From: Candidatus Anstonellales archaeon
Lineage (GTDB): Archaea; Micrarchaeota; Micrarchaeia; Anstonellales; J096
NCBI GenBank assembly: GCA_038890615.1
Contig: JAWAFI010000006.1
Location: forward strand, 1 to 18,352
Direction: 5' to 3'
Length of the DNA: 18,352 nt
The notes under the pieces were generated by a model. That model had not been told where the DNA came from. It saw only the letters and a program-made list of their open reading frames with translations, and made no database searches. Positions 18,182 to 18,352 of this stretch are shown piece by piece (positions within the stretch are counted from its first letter, which is position 1; each line of letters begins with the position of its first letter). The translations under genes and the position numbers were made by a program.

Positions 18182-18292
18182 ATGAGATTGAAAGAGGTTC
18201 CTAAGGCAGGTGAGACTGAACTGAAGTCTTGGCTTAAAAAATGCAATAAGAAGAAAGCAAAGATATTTATTGAGAAAATGCTGGGCAGTTAG
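18182..18292 (+). CDS. Possible small basic hypothetical protein, 36 aa
   Basis: MRLKEVPKAGETELKSWLKKCNKKKAKIFIEKMLGS-TAG. Co-directional, fills the gap after the RPA-like gene, and is purine-rich like its neighbours. No homology evidence. Confidence 0.35.
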   Translation: MRLKEVPKAGETELKSWLKKCNKKKAKIFIEKMLGS

Positions 18293-18323
18293 GGTTAAAA
18301 AGTGATTGGAGGAAAGATAAATT

Positions 18324-18352
18324 ATGGAGGTTAAGGATAAAGAGAAGGAGGG
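18324..18352 (+). CDS. Probable start of the next gene (MEVKDKEKE...), truncated by window edge
   Basis: ATG at 18324, with GGAGGA (18308-18313) as a possible Shine-Dalgarno. Open to the end of the window. Confidence 0.4.

Overview
Archaeal genomic DNA. Gene content, compaction and purine-rich coding strands suggest a DPANN-type, possibly thermophilic lineage, but that placement is inference. The left two-thirds (<1..12473, minus strand) is one uninterrupted ORF of at least 4157 codons. The supplied ORF track omits it, apparently because it has no stop codon inside the window. It encodes a giant secreted surface protein. From N- to C-terminus: signal peptide; ~970-aa AT-rich right-handed beta-helix (NosD/pectin-lyase-like) head; seven Ig-like repeats each with a C-x3-W-x-C type cysteine pair; six FG-GAP/VCBS Ca-binding repeats; a DUF11-like domain; four CARDB domains; about five Ig units each paired with a different jelly-roll (lectin-like) module; then 101-aa Ig repeats running off the edge. 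It lies head-to-head, across only 57 bp, with translation initiation factor aIF5B (infB). To the right are a HAD 5'(3')-deoxyribonucleotidase-like gene broken by two opposite 1-nt frameshifts, 2-oxoacid:ferredoxin oxidoreductase alpha and beta subunits, and an RPA-like OB-fold protein, all three overlapping at their stop/start codons. A possible 36-aa ORF and the start of another gene follow. No RNA genes, CRISPR arrays or mobile elements were seen. All domain calls come from motifs read by eye, not database searches.
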